From: Neodothiora populina
Taxonomy: Eukaryota
Direction: 5' to 3'
Assembly: GCF_041146345.1 (NCBI RefSeq)
Contig: NW_027191406.1
Location: forward strand, 806,001 to 870,000
DNA length: 64,000 nucleotides
Shown: one piece after another, positions 12,448 through 25,465 of the stretch
Position numbering within the stretch: position 1 is the stretch's first letter
Layout: every line of letters begins with the position of its first letter
Translations under genes and position numbers: made by a program
Notes under the pieces: model-generated
Databases searched by the model: none
What the model saw: only the letters and a program-made list of their open reading frames with translations
Told to the model about the DNA's origin: nothing

Positions 12448-14031
12448 ATGGTGTCCCATATCGAACCTCCGGACCTTTTGCCTCGCCGTCCACCTTCCGT
12501 CACTTCTCGCGCTTCAACATCGCGGAGACATCGATCCTCTCGTTCATATCACTCTCCCTCCGCTCCGCGCTCCCAAAACGACTTTCCTATCTTTTCCCAG
12601 ACTGGCGAAGTGGAGATACTGCTTACTTCACTCAACGGCCGGAAAGAGCAACGTTATCTCTTGCATCGTTTGATCCTGTCTCAGGCTTCTGGGTTCTTTG
12701 AAGCAGACCTCAGGCAGCATGGCTCTGCAGACCGTAAGCGTTGGCGCTATGTCCTTGACTGGGGGAACACTCCGGAGCATCGAATCCCCATGCTGGTTCA
12801 GCGCGATCCAGGCAACCCATTGCCCTGTTTCAACAACGCCCCGGGTCCTCCTCCCGTCTCGCGCAACAAACCGCCCGCTTCTTCGAGTGCATTCTTCCGC
12901 AGCATGTCAAACTTTTCTGCTCTGAACCTCAACAGCCAGCCCACATCCCCGCCTGCCCCGGATGATGAGCTGCTACGTGACTATGACAACATGTTTCGCA
13001 TATTTTATAATTACCCACCCACCCTCGACGCTGTGAATATTGCGAATGCATATACCGAGTGCAAGTCATTACTCTATCTCGCAGAAGCATATGATGCTCT
13101 CGATGTTGTGGGTTCGAGAGTCGATCACCATCTTCTTCGCTTCCAAGGCCGTCTCTTCAAGCAAATCGCAAAGTATCCACCTTCGTATCTCAAATTGGCG
13201 TATTTGGCAAAGTCCAGGGTCATTTTCTCCGAAGCATTGGTCCATATCGTGGGACAATGGCCCCTTGCTGCTCCGCAGCTTCGTGGTCAAATCGATCTTG
13301 GTGTCCTGGATTTGATAGAAGACAAAGTGGAGGAGCTGGAGGAAGTCAAAATGAAAGTCGAGGCCAAGTTGTTTCGTCTCACTCTGACAACTAGCAGAGG
13401 CGAGCGTGTGAAGCCAGCCAACTCCTATCTGGACTGGTTGGCCATGAGCCTGTTTCGCCAGTGGTTCGCAGAGAATACAACTCCAGCTCCAGTCTCGATT
13501 CTGAAGGACACGTCGCGACCTCCATCAGGACACGCGAATCCATCTTCCAGGAGTAGGACGACTATGACGACTACGGCAACTCCATCTAGCAGGTCTGGAT
13601 CTTCACACAGCCACGGTCGAGGCCACAGCCACAGCCATAGCCATAGCCATAGCAATAGCCACGACAGCAGTCAAGCGCTAGTGTCTATCCGCAATCCTCA
13701 ACCTCCTCCACCGGTCACCCCATCGCCCCCTCCCTCGACAAATGCAATGCGCATCTACCGCCTGCTAGGCTCGACATCCTCCTCCGCTTATCTATCTCAT
13801 GACGAGATGAAGCGCTTTCTCAAGCTCAATCCGGATCTCTACACGCGCGACAATCTGCGCAGGTTCGAACGACGCATGGACGAGCTGAAAAATCTCGCCC
13901 GAGACGTCGTGAGACCCCTTACGAGAAATTGTCTCGAACTCGATTTGGCGAGCATGGGCGATGGCGGAGGTAGCTTGGGTTATCTGACCTGCACCAAATT
14001 GCTGAATGAAGACTTCCCCTGGGATGATTGA
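12448..14031 (+). CDS. Conserved fungal protein with BTB/POZ-like N-terminal region and His-Ser repeat
   Basis: Intronless 527-aa ORF. GEVEILL...YLLHRLILSQASGFFEA resembles the start of a BTB domain. Confidence 0.7.
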   Translation: MVSHIEPPDLLPRRPPSVTSRASTSRRHRSSRSYHSPSAPRSQNDFPIFSQTGEVEILLTSLNGRKEQRYLLHRLILSQASGFFEADLRQHGSADRKRWRYVLDWGNTPEHRIPMLVQRDPGNPLPCFNNAPGPPPVSRNKPPASSSAFFRSMSNFSALNLNSQPTSPPAPDDELLRDYDNMFRIFYNYPPTLDAVNIANAYTECKSLLYLAEAYDALDVVGSRVDHHLLRFQGRLFKQIAKYPPSYLKLAYLAKSRVIFSEALVHIVGQWPLAAPQLRGQIDLGVLDLIEDKVEELEEVKMKVEAKLFRLTLTTSRGERVKPANSYLDWLAMSLFRQWFAENTTPAPVSILKDTSRPPSGHANPSSRSRTTMTTTATPSSRSGSSHSHGRGHSHSHSHSHSNSHDSSQALVSIRNPQPPPPVTPSPPPSTNAMRIYRLLGSTSSSAYLSHDEMKRFLKLNPDLYTRDNLRRFERRMDELKNLARDVVRPLTRNCLELDLASMGDGGGSLGYLTCTKLLNEDFPWDD

Positions 14032-15604
14032 TCACGCAAGTAGGACTTCAAAGACGCATCTTCACTGTGTCATGAAGACTTGCAATACATACGCTTAATG
14101 AATTTCGGGCTATGCATACGACAGCAACGCACCATTTCTCATATGCCAAAGAAGCTGTCAGATTTGGTGACGATGACACGATGACGAATCACGAACCAGA
14201 AACATACGACTTTTGCATGGAACAAGATTGAGAACGAGCAGCCATGAATCTTGATGTTTTAGCAAGGACATCTGCCTTCAGCTAATTCGTGGCCAAAGTC
14301 CACTATCTCACTTGATTTCTATTTCCTCTTATTTCTCATACCCTCCATCTTCTGACCTTTTGAGATACCCAAGTAAACAGTTCTTCGAATATACCAATCT
14401 CTTTCTTTCCTTGTGGTAAACCATATCATCTCCCGGCCATTGGGATGCGATAGCCAAGTACATGATTCTCAAAAATCTAGACCCACGTCGCCTACAAGGT
14501 GTGAACAAGACTATGCAAAGCCTTGCGTCTTCCATCCTCGTCTTTTCTTGACTCTCCTAGACCTCACAACGAGGCAACCAAGAACAGATGCAGAAGTCTG
14601 TGCTGCTGCTGTTACTTTCGCTGAGAACAAGGGAAGGCGACAATAGTCGTACATACGTTCGAGGCCTAAAGAAGAAAAGGAACTCCAGGGCGACCCTGTC
14701 CTGATCACTCTGTGGAAATACATCCTCCCAATCAAGCCTTGCTCCTCATACTCTCTCTCCATTTCTTACGCATGGCTATGATAGCGTGCATTCTATTCTG
14801 TTCCTCGAATGAGTACCGACATATATAGGTGAATCCAGGAGGTGTCATGACTGAATCTCACATATCCTTTACCTGTCACATTCTGTTTGTGACACGATGA
14901 CGGAAAACACGGCGATGGTATCTATTCAAGTTCGACATAGAGGAAGGGCACCATAACCACGAACGATGACGACACGGCGAGGAAGACGAATATGATAACA
15001 CAGTAAGTTAGAAGGTATGAAGCATCTATACATAAGAACAAAAACAAAACCTAAAACAGACCTCCCAAAGTCTGTCGTTCTGTCGTTGTGGAGGTCGGTG
15101 AAGTGGGAGCTGGGGGGTATATCAAGCCAAGAGAACAGAACCACAATCAAGTAAGAAGAACCACTGAAATCATATCAGAATCAAAGGGGAGATCTAGCTG
15201 AGTACCTATGCGCTTTCACTGCTCTGCTAAAGATGCGAGAAAGTGAACAATTACTCACTTCTTGTGTCCGTTGCAGAACGGTGGGAGGGAGGGGCTCAGC
15301 TGGGCTTTCTTCCTTCAGTCTTCTGGATCAGTGCGATAGGGCATTCGAGATCTGAAGCAAAAGTGGAAGTGACGTGAAGTGAAGAGAACCGAGAAACAGC
15401 AGCAATAGGTATCGCTGAGGAACGACTCACAAAGCTTTCGTAGGACTAACTCGGAAGAGAAAGAAAAGATAGAAAAGGATGGATATCCTAGCCCAGTGAC
15501 GTTCGTGTGTCGTACGCTCCATTCCCAAAAGAAAAAGTGAAAAAGGAGAGGAAGGACCGCCTCCCAGTCGTGCGTCGTCTCCACTGTCCTGTCCCTCTTG
15601 TCTC

Positions 15605-17413
15605 TCATCGCTCAAGCAGCCCGCCTACATCTTGCAGACTTATACCGTCGCTATCATCTTCGTTCGGCACAGGACTAGCACGCGAGTGATGCGGTGTCGA
15701 CAAACTTGGTCTGCGCGAATGGGCGAAAGTACTTGGGTCTTCCGAGGGCGCGACATCTCTTGCACGAGGGTGACTGCCGCCGTCGTCTACGTCTTGATCA
15801 TCATTCGGTATCGGCGTGGTTGACGGTGACGTCTGTGGCTCCTGCGGCAGCTGGGATGAGCGCCGTCTGCCAATCGCGAAGTCAGTGAAGATATTTCGCG
15901 AGCTTCGTCGTGCCACCATGCCAGGTCGTGCCGAAGATTGGCTGTTTGCGGCGAAGTCGTGGGCCGCGACACCTAATGCTCGAGTGCTGGATGAAGAAGT
16001 AGTCTGTGTCGTAGCCGCGCTAGATGTCATTGGCCCCTCTTCCAACAGACCACCGACGTCCCAAAAGGAGATACTCTTTGTGCTAGGACGATAGAGGTTC
16101 GGCGAGGAGGCTATGGTGATGTCGGCTTTGGGTAAAGCATCGGCACTGTCGTGCGGGCTGTCGTCCGAATTTTCTTCGAGATTTAAACCTGCCATGGAGC
16201 CAGAGCGATGTACGGTACCGGACTTGTGTAGTGGTGACATGGGTGCAGCGCCTGTCATAAAGTAATCTTCAGATGTCAGAGCCACAGGAGCAGGTCGCGC
16301 AACAGCTGTGCCCGGACTAGCCAGCTCAGGAGGAAGACGACAGCCAATAGAACGAAAAAGATCTTCGTCACTATCTGCAGGTATGAGAGTGGGTCGACGT
16401 GTCGACACTCTATCGATACTGTCTAGTGTGCTGCTGCGCTTGTACTTGTTGCGCTTGATGCCTCGATCGCGTACAAAGGATCCCAGCACAACAGCATTGG
16501 CCACTGCGGCTGATGCAAGGATCTCGGCTGATGCCCATACGGTGCGATACTGTTGTCGTCCATGCCGCCCTATGACTTCTGGCACGCGAGTCGCTGTGAT
16601 GGCGATCAGACCTAACGAGAGGCTGAAGAGAAAAGTAAGGGATAATTTGCGTTTCAGAGGCATTCGCGCCTGTATGATGATGGGTATAGGCCAGCACACT
16701 AGGAGAATGTCGGAGATGATGTCCGCAGACCCCATCGTGATCAGATGAGCGTATCCCTGGCGGCATTGTGGACCTGGATCAGGGAGGACTTGCCAGTAAT
16801 GATCAAACGGCTGACATTCGGCCAGCGTTGCAATGACAACGGCAATGAATGTGAGAAGAAGAAAGATACGAATGAAGTCCAGGCCGCGTTGGTAGCTTCG
16901 TTTCCAGGAAGCTCTCGCCAGGCGCTTGAGAAATTGAGATACAGTCAATTTGCTGACCCAGATGAACATTGCATAGAATATACGGGATGCCAGTACCAGC
17001 CGGGCTCCTATGGAGTGGAGATGGATTTGCTTCGCTGTCATGCCCTCTGTCATCACATTATTCGTGCCGAAAAGGAGGATTACATGTACGAGACCCATTC
17101 TTATTAGTAGGGGAATCTACAGAGCGTCTTAGCCACATGGTAGTCAACGTGGAAAATATTCATGCTCACTAGACTGCATAGCATGATGGTGTCCTCGCTA
17201 AAGATGCGTCCTGTACGAATCAATCTGCCAAACACTCTCATGAGTATTATGACAGCAGCGAAGCCGGTACACCTGAAATATCGTCAGCATATCAAATACT
17301 AGAATTTAGGTACGAGAAAGACGCTTGACTTGCCACCAGCTGAATAGTAAGGTAGGATAGTTCTCCTGCTCAAATGTTAAATTGTTGTCCCACGAATTAT
17401 GCGACCCGGTCAT
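15605..17413 (-). CDS. Pth11-like (non-CFEM) rhodopsin-domain integral membrane protein, 3 exons
   Basis: ATG 17413 gives MTGSHNSWDNNLTFEQENYPTLLFSWW|CTGFAAVIILMRVFGR...EDTIM. The main exon has SKLTVSQFLKRL, ECQPFDHYW, PGPQC and DIISDILLVCWPIP motifs and a long Ser-rich cytoplasmic tail. Confidence 0.8.
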
Positions 17414-18524
17414 TCGATTACATCTCGAGATCTTAGTGCTGGAGGATTGTCACTCCACACAGCGCGACGCAACATCGATCGCACTCTGCCCACCACCTCT
17501 GCCGCAAGAGGGGCGAGCGAGAGGGTATCCCTCTACACTCTTGAGAGTCGGACGCACTTGCGTCACGGCCTTGCGACGACCTCCGCGGTAATATATGTTG
17601 CGATTCGGAGGATAATCCTTCTCCACGTTCGGACTTATTATTATTCAGTACTGACAGAAGTCAAAATGCGGACAGCTAGTGCGGAGCCACGTGGGCGCGT
17701 CTGCGCTTACACCGGGACTACTGACAGAGCCGATGCGCCGGGTTAGCTTGACCAGGGGGCACTTTGTGTGTGAAGAACGAGTCGCTACCTAGTCAGTCTG
17801 AACAGCGTTCAACGTTCGCGTGCTGTTTGATGAGTTGTAGGAGAGATACTAATATGGGCGCGCCGCTTGAGTGAAAACGGCACGGGAGTCTCTCATTTCG
17901 CCAATCGTCCAAGAGATAAACTCACTTCCGTTACGCTGACATCTAGCCGCGCCACCACTTCGCCGAAGGCACAGATAAGGCGTTCCTTGGCGTGCGACCA
18001 CGCTGCGAGGAGATCTCCATGTTGCAGGTACAATGATGAGCGACGCGGATTTCGATGGAGCGATGCGGAAGTCAATTGGCCTTTGATTACGACTTGCAGT
18101 CTATCAACCTATATATGATTATATTTGGAGGGCTAGCCAGGGCGCATTGAGACTACCTTATCTCAAGATTTGCGAAGATTAAGCCAAGAAAAGTGGGTAT
18201 AACTACTGTGAACCCTCAGCCGCAAAAGATTGCAGCGCTGCTTGGGTCTGTCATAATGCTGGAAATGCAGCCTGGCTTTCACAAAGGTCCTGCATCTGAA
18301 ACTCGGATTGCATATCGCTATCCCGCCGTATGCGCCCCGGAAAATTATGATCTGTAAGTCATACCGGTGTCCTCAATGCGCATCGGCTCCTTCTGGATTC
18401 ACGCCTGGACGGACGGATCATGTTTGCTCCAAGTATATCTCAAAGGTCTCAGACCGAAATATATCTGACCGTCAGCAAATTGCACGTGTGCGCGTTATTT
18501 GACGCACCCTGCCATCGGGTGCTC

Positions 18525-19523
18525 TCATCTGGGCAGCTCAATCTCACCAACGACATCCTTGAGCAATTGCGGAACAATTTCGGCTGCGTCGCCTTGGAAG
18601 AACCAATCCTGATCCAAGATACCGCTTGCTGGAGTATCCGCTCGGTCCATGTTGATAACAGCGACCCTCGCCCCATTTTGCCTTGCACGATCAACATAGC
18701 CAGCGGCCGGGTACACCTTCGCGCTGGTTCCAATGACCAGTATTAGATCTATAGACCTCGAGTCCGCTATGAATTGATCGACGGTTGAGATGACATTGCT
18801 TGGTAGTGATTCACCGAACCAGACGACACCTGGACGAAGTAAACCTGTCTCGCATTTTGGACACCTTGGTAGATCGTCTATGCTGACTGAGGGTAAGTCG
18901 ACATTGATATCCGAGATGTCTAGCTCGTGGTCTCGCACCGCTCCGTTATCGTTCAGCCTACCGTTCATGGCTTGCCGTGCAGTGATTGTGGTGGGATCTG
19001 ACTCATCTCCAGGAATCCTCAATGCGGGCACAATGGGGTCGGTAAAATTCTGATCATGGTAATTGCAGTAAAATGAGGTGCATTTGACATTGAAGAGACT
19101 TCCATGTAATAACTGCAACTTCTCCGGAGGATGAGCAGCACGTTGTGAGAGACCTACCATGCTCGATCAGCACTAGTCCTGCGTAGGTAGCTATTTGGCA
19201 TTGCTGTTACCGTCTACATTCTGGCTGAGTGCCATGAAGCCATCTTTTCGTCGTGCCAGCTCAGCCAAGGCAAAGTGAGCTCTGTTTGGGCGAGCCTTCA
19301 TAGACATGTGCCTCCGATAGCTGTAGAATTGCCACACCAGGGCAGGATCGGCTTCGAAAGCCTCTGGTGTAGCGAGTGACATGGCATCGTGAGTACGCCA
19401 AAGGCCACCAGCGCCACGAAATGTTGGCAAGCCCGAGGATGCAGAGAGTCCAGCCCCGAGTAACGCAAGAATCCGAGTCGAACCCTGGAGATGAGCCGAG
19501 AAGGACGCAATGTCCTCGGACAT
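18525..19523 (-). CDS. Sir2-family NAD-dependent deacylase, class III (SIRT5/CobB-like)
   Basis: Motifs GAGLSASSGLPTFRG, WQFYSYRR, SQNVDGL (across intron 19154-19210), LHGSL, two CxxC-type zinc pairs, RPGVVWFGE and GTSAKVYPAA. Confidence 0.9.
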
Positions 19524-20115
19524 TCTGAGTACAATTGTCCGCAACACTTTGACGGGTGTCGACTCCCAATAGGACCTGGCTAGGAAGTCTTGTTTGCACG
19601 GGAACCCAGGACTGACAGACAAAAGAGGTACGAAGAAACAAGACAGAGCAATAACAATGAGAGATGAATGTTGACAAGAAGTTAATTGGCACGGGTGACG
19701 TATGTCTTGTCCAAGAGTGGGATTGCGGAGTAGAGCATCTGTAGCTCGAGTAATAGTGCTGTAGGTAATATGCCCGATAAGGCAGGCTGACAGCATACCT
19801 GTACTTATTGTTACAGCAGCTTGACACTCGACTGCTTTGAGAGAGAAGCTGCCTTCTGCACAAGCTACAACTAGAACGAAACAAGACTCGGATCGGACAC
19901 CTTATCGCAATCGTCGGCACATTTATTATTGTATTGTAAAGGCATAAAGCTGGGGAAAGGGTCCGCTGATTAACTCGGTTCTCGGAGCTTCTGTTCAGCC
20001 GACGGTACAAGTAGTATGCGTTGCTGGATATCATAGTCGTTGTATGCGGCGCAGTTATCCAATATTCTATGATTTGTTTGTTATAGACTCAGTGCAGTCT
20101 TGATTACAACAGAGC

Positions 20116-21930
20116 ATGAGAGGTGTTTCACAGCTGCTCCGGACCACATTGCGGCCAGCAGCATATTTGGGCAGACCCTCAAGGTTACTGCCGCAGGCTC
20201 CGCGACGGACTCTTGTATCTGCAGCCAATCTACAATTTGGCCAGCCTCTGCATGAGACACATCCACACCTTATAGCGCCCGGCGAATGTAGGTGACTGAT
20301 AATAACAATAACAATAACAACAACAACAATAACAATTCACCGAATCTCCTCTGATTTCAGTCTGCAGTGACGCCGGGAATCACTGCGCTCGAGTACCACC
20401 ACCGCCGGGCGAACCTTGCAAAGGCACTTCCACGAAACAGCATTGCTGTCCTTGCCTCTTCCGACATCCAGTACCGCTCTGGCGCAGTCTTCTACGAATT
20501 TCACCAGGAGCCGAATTTCTACTATCTGACTGGTAAAAGGCGACTGTCAGCAAAGTCAAGATCCTAGGCTTACTTTACATCTCGCAGGTTTCAAGGAACC
20601 TCAATCGCTGGCGGTCATTGGTGGGTACGTCATAGCAGCATATATCAGCAGAAATAGGCGCTGACATTTTCGAAGAGAAGGGTAACTCGGATGTAGAGTA
20701 TACCTTCCACTTATATGTGCGCCCGAAGGATGCAAGAGCCGAACAATGGGATGGCGCAAGAAGCGGCATCCAGGCAGCCCAGGATGTCTTCAACGCAGAC
20801 GAGGTGTGTAGCTTTGAACACGGGAACATGGTCCATCTCTGATTCATACAGGCAGGAGATATCAACAACATACCAGCGAAGTTGCCCGACATCATCAATG
20901 GAGCCAAAGAGATTTACACGGATGCTCTAGGCAACATCAGATCGAAGTCTGCATTTAGCAAATACTTCGGCGGTCTATCAACATCTCAGCCCGAAGGCTT
21001 CCAGAAACTATTGCAAGCGAGCAAAGTCAAGCCTCTGCGGCCTCTGATGAACCAGATCCGACTGACGAAGAGCGAGAACGAGATTCTGAACATGAGAAAG
21101 GCCGGTCAAGTCTCCGGTAAGGTCTTCACTGACGCTATGCGTACTCCCTTCACCACGGAAAAGGACTTGTGGACAACAATGGACTACTCCTTCAAGATGA
21201 ATGGTCTGGATGGCTGGGCATACATCCCTGTCGTGGCAGGAGGTCGGAACGGTCTGAGCATTCACTACGTGCGCAACGACCAGCCTCTGAAGGAGGGCGA
21301 GATGGTCTTGGTGGATGCTGGTGGAGAGTATGGTGGTTACATCACCGACATCACTCGGACCTGGCCAGTCAATGGCAGGTTCACTGACCCACAGAAAGAT
21401 CTCTACGAAATGATATTGCGGGTCCAGCGCAGTGTCGTCTCGCTCTGTCGTGAAGACGCAGACATGAGTCTGGATAAGCTACATCGCGTGACGGAGAATG
21501 GACTACGAGATGGTCTGAAAAGACTCGGCTTCGATGTATCGGGAGATGTGCGTAACCTTTGTGTCGATGTTCTCGGATACCTGACCAACTGACCTGAATC
21601 GCAGGCGCTCGACGTGCTTTTCCCTCATCACGTTGGTCATTACATCGGTCTTGATGTACACGATGCTCCCGGCTACCCCCGAACAGACCGTCTCAGGGCG
21701 GGCCACTGCATCACCGTCGAGCCGTAAGTGACGCCATGTAGTATTGGTGTATTTGTGACGCTGACAGAACTAGTGGTATCTACGTACCGGACGATGAGCG
21801 ATGGCCGAAGCACTTCAGGAACATGGCGATCCGTATTGAAGACAGTATTGCGGTTATGGAGGAAGGTCCTTATGTCTTGACTACCGAGGCAGTCAAGGAA
21901 GTTGTGGACATTGAAGCGCTGAGGCGATGA
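20116..21930 (+). CDS. ICP55: Mitochondrial Xaa-Pro aminopeptidase / intermediate cleaving peptidase 55 (M24B), multi-exon
   Basis: Presequence [14 protein letters not shown]..., then [66 protein letters not shown] and IRIED. Introns are GT-AG. Confidence 0.88.
20298..20336. repeat. (AAT/AAC)n trinucleotide repeat inside ICP55 intron 1
   Basis: gataataacaataacaataacaacaacaacaataacaat. Confidence 0.85.
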
Positions 21931-22748
21931 TAGGGAGTTGAAAGTATACAGTGTCTGACCCGGTTCCTCGCAGTTGACGGCCGGAGTGTAGATACGTAGC
22001 TCCACTCTAGAACAAATTGCCAATCGCTAATGACTACCCGTCATGGGATAAGTCGTTTGCAAAATCCTTCCACTAAGGGGAAAAAGCGCGTGTCTTGTGT
22101 ACATTGTCTTTGTTATTATTCCTTAGCGTTATTGGAGATGGAGATTACATTCTGGGGTGCAGCAACTCTAAAGGCGGGTTGGCAAATTTACCTGCGGTAG
22201 GTACGAGTGGCTTGTTTTGGTTATGAATGCATAAGTTGGTCGTAAACTCGTGTATGGGTAGACGTGGTCGGAGCGTTGATGCATTATATACCAAATATAA
22301 GAGCTGTGCAGTGTGCAATGCCATGCGCCTCACTCGCGATAGTGGGGTAATGCGGCTGAATTAGCAGTTGTGCACGAAGCACAGTCGTGTGCACACGTAC
22401 CGGTGTACCCTCATCTGTACATCTACAGTGTCAAGGTATGATGTAGTTGTACTCCGTAATGCTCTCATGATGATCATCGGCGGAATATCTGTACAAAAAG
22501 TGTTGTTTACCGCGAAGCATCGTGCATCGTGAATCGACGACAAATTCGAAATTGGCAGTGGGGCAACTAGGCTATAATACGGCGCGACAGCGGAAGCATG
22601 GGTGGATGATTAAGTGAAGAAAAGTCAGGCATGCTATATGCATAACATTATAATCAATAAACAACAAACATTAAGAGTTCAAGGAAGAAATGGAAGGTTG
22701 AAAGGTCGACGGAGTTTCGGTGCGTCAGATCAGATTTGACCGTTGGCA

Positions 22749-22754
22749 ACGCGT
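22749..22754. promoter_or_regulatory. MCB element (ACGCGT) upstream of the DBF4-like gene
   Basis: Exact ACGCGT about 400 bp before ATG 23151, with several more CGCG cores at 22511-23000. DBF4/dfp1 genes are MBF-regulated in yeasts. Confidence 0.4.
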
Positions 22755-23150
22755 GCTTTCGCCAAAACAGAATCCGGGAACGTTCGTCGACCCAAGCGGG
22801 TGCCAGCCATCAACATCTGCAATCCATCGACTCGCTGCTGCGGTACTTGAAAACAAATACACCATCGTCCAGCCTCACACTCCTTTCTACCCTCTTCAGA
22901 TCTGATCACTAATAAACACAAAGAACAAGTCTCGCTCTCTTCTTCTTCGCGTGTGGATTCAAAACATGGTGTCTTGTGTCTTGTGAATACCAGAGCGCGT
23001 CAAGATTCAGTCTTGAGAGTGTGTCGCCGCTTCCACCTTTTTGCTGGTGCTGGTGTTTATGTGGCGAGGCATCTGACTATAATTGCTATTACTGCTGGCC
23101 CTCCACTCCTCGTCCATCCTCGTCTCACTCAGTATTCGAGACAATTGCAT

Positions 23151-25465
23151 ATGGCAGCCATCTCTGCTGTACTCTCGCCTCACGCCGACTCGACCATGTC
23201 CAGTAGGCGAGTACCACTTGCAAACAATACTGCCGCCGTCAACTCCCCATTCCGGACCATTGCTGCAGTCAGCGGCAAGCGCACCCGAGCCAACAACCCC
23301 GAAGCACGCGATATTCTACATGGGCAACCTCCTTCCAAAAAACAAGCCATCGATACTACGGAATATGATGAAAACACTGCCCCGCGCACTCTGACGCGTC
23401 AATCACTCGCCCAGCAGGAGGCTGAAGCAAAACTATTCATGCGGAAACCTACTAATGCCGCACCTACCGCATTTGAGAAGAAGCTCGCTGCTGCCAGGGA
23501 TAAGAAACCAACCACAACCACATCCACCCAGAAAGTCGATCCTCGGGTCCAGAAACAGGGTGATAGTCTAGAGACGATCCGTCAATGGCAAAAGCATTAC
23601 AAGAAGGCTTTCCCGCAATACGTCTTCTATTTTGAAAGTGTGCCTGAGGATGTTCGAAGCAAAGTCTCGAGGCAGATCCAGTATCTTGGAGCCGTGCGTG
23701 TCCTGCCTTGTCCTTTGCGTCGTGAGACGATCATCACTCCCATCATGCTAACTTGTTCACATAGAAAGAAGAGAAGTTCTTCTCCAAGTCCGTGACTCAC
23801 GTTGTGACTACACGTGCAGTTCCTTCAGAGCTCGCCAACACGAGCCCCGAGGACGGCCATCATGCCAACTCTTCCAAAGCAGAACAGGGCCATGGTAGCA
23901 TGCGCACCATTGATCCCTCTCTGCTCTTGGATCGCTCTCAAGGACCTCAGCAGCTCTCGGGTGCACAGAGGAAGACTGCTAATCTCCTCGAGGCTACGCT
24001 GCAGGGTCGTAGTCATAACGCTGCTCTCCAGAGGTAAATTGACTCTCTCACTTCCACCGCAGTGTCCAGATCATGTATGCTGATATTCTGCAGTATCCAT
24101 GGAGTCGAACCTCGTAGACTCGTGGCTCACAACACCGACATTCTGCACAAGGCGAGAGAGCTGAACATTAAGATATGGGCTCTCGAGAAGCTGCAAAGGA
24201 TGATGACGACCATGTTTGACACTGACACTGGCGAACAGCCTTCATATCTTACTAGAAGCCATGCAGCCTCAGCTCTGGCACCAACCAAGAGGGGAAAGGA
24301 AGCTGACCTGCAGCAAATGTTGCGTAACGAGAAGGTGCTTGGTCCTACTGACCGCGACATGGGTGTGGCCGCCCAGGATATGTGTCAATTCAGAGGCTAC
24401 TACCTCTACGTTCACGACATGGATGAGAAGACACGTCCCGTCATGGTCCGAGACTATCCCAAGGCGGCGCCCAAGGAAGATGGCAAGTGGCCACAATTCC
24501 GTTTGACCCCCATTGGAAGGTGCCCATTTATCGAGGATCAAGCCCATACCCGAAAACTCCGTCAGCAGGAAGAAAAGGCCAAGGAAGAAGAGAGAGAACG
24601 ACAACTTGCCATTACCGCTCCCAGAACACGCAGTCGAGCAGCGGCCGTTCCGACTGCCACGGTACAGAGTCAGCAAGGCGTCCTAAGTGAAAGACGACCG
24701 AACACGCGCGCATCTCCTCGGAAGGTATCCCAAGATGCCCCGGTCGATCTCGCAAAACCTCTGGACCCGCCCAAGGCTCTCCCAAGCAAGAGGCAGGCAT
24801 CGGTGGAGATTGGTAGCATGCCCCCACTCTTCGGCAGTGCTCAGGCAAACATGAGAACAATGCCACGTCTGATCGGAGGCGAGCCTGCCGCATCTGGAGT
24901 GCAACCTTCCAACATTACATCTGCAATTCGGTCACAAATTGTCTCTTCTACCGCTATTTCGTCGACTGCACCAGGAGCACGTGCTGGTACCAGCAAGGAG
25001 ATACACGCACTGAAGCGCAAGGTTCTGGAAAGAGGTGCTAGTGCCAACTCGAATGGAACTATTCACTCTTCATATCTAAATGATATGAGGGCAGCTATCA
25101 ATGGTGAGCGTGCTCCACCACCAAGAGCCGCCAAGCGGAAGGCACAGGAAACCCTCGGTCACATCCACGAGGATCCCGAAGGTGAGGAAGCAGGACAAGG
25201 TCGTCGTTCGCAACCTGCTCGCAAAAAGGTTGCTGTCGAGAGGGAGCTGAAGCCAGGCTACTGTGAGAACTGTAGGGACAAGTTTGATGACTTCGAAACG
25301 GTACGTCTTCGGTCTTATTTTTTTTATGTCGTGTACATCAAGCTAACGACTCACTAGCACGTGCTCACACGTAAACATCGCAAGTTCGCCCTGGGCACCG
25401 AGAACTGGCAGCAGCTCGACAATTTGCTTCGTCAACTCGACCGCCCTCTAAAGGCGAACATCTGA
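23151..25465 (+). CDS. DBF4: Dbf4/Dfp1/NimO regulatory subunit of the Cdc7 kinase, 4 exons
   Basis: BRCT-like motif N (FPQYVFYFE...LGA|KEEKFFSKSVTHVVTTR), motif M (YLYVHDMDEKTRPVMVRDY...WPQF...GRCPF) and the C-terminal zf-DBF (KPGYCENCRDKFDDFET|HVLTRKHRKFA). Confidence 0.9.

Noticed and set aside
19261..20034. 257-aa minus-strand ORF overlapping the sirtuin in another frame
   Set aside because: Random-looking Ser/Arg/Cys composition and it spans the divergent promoter. No support for coding.
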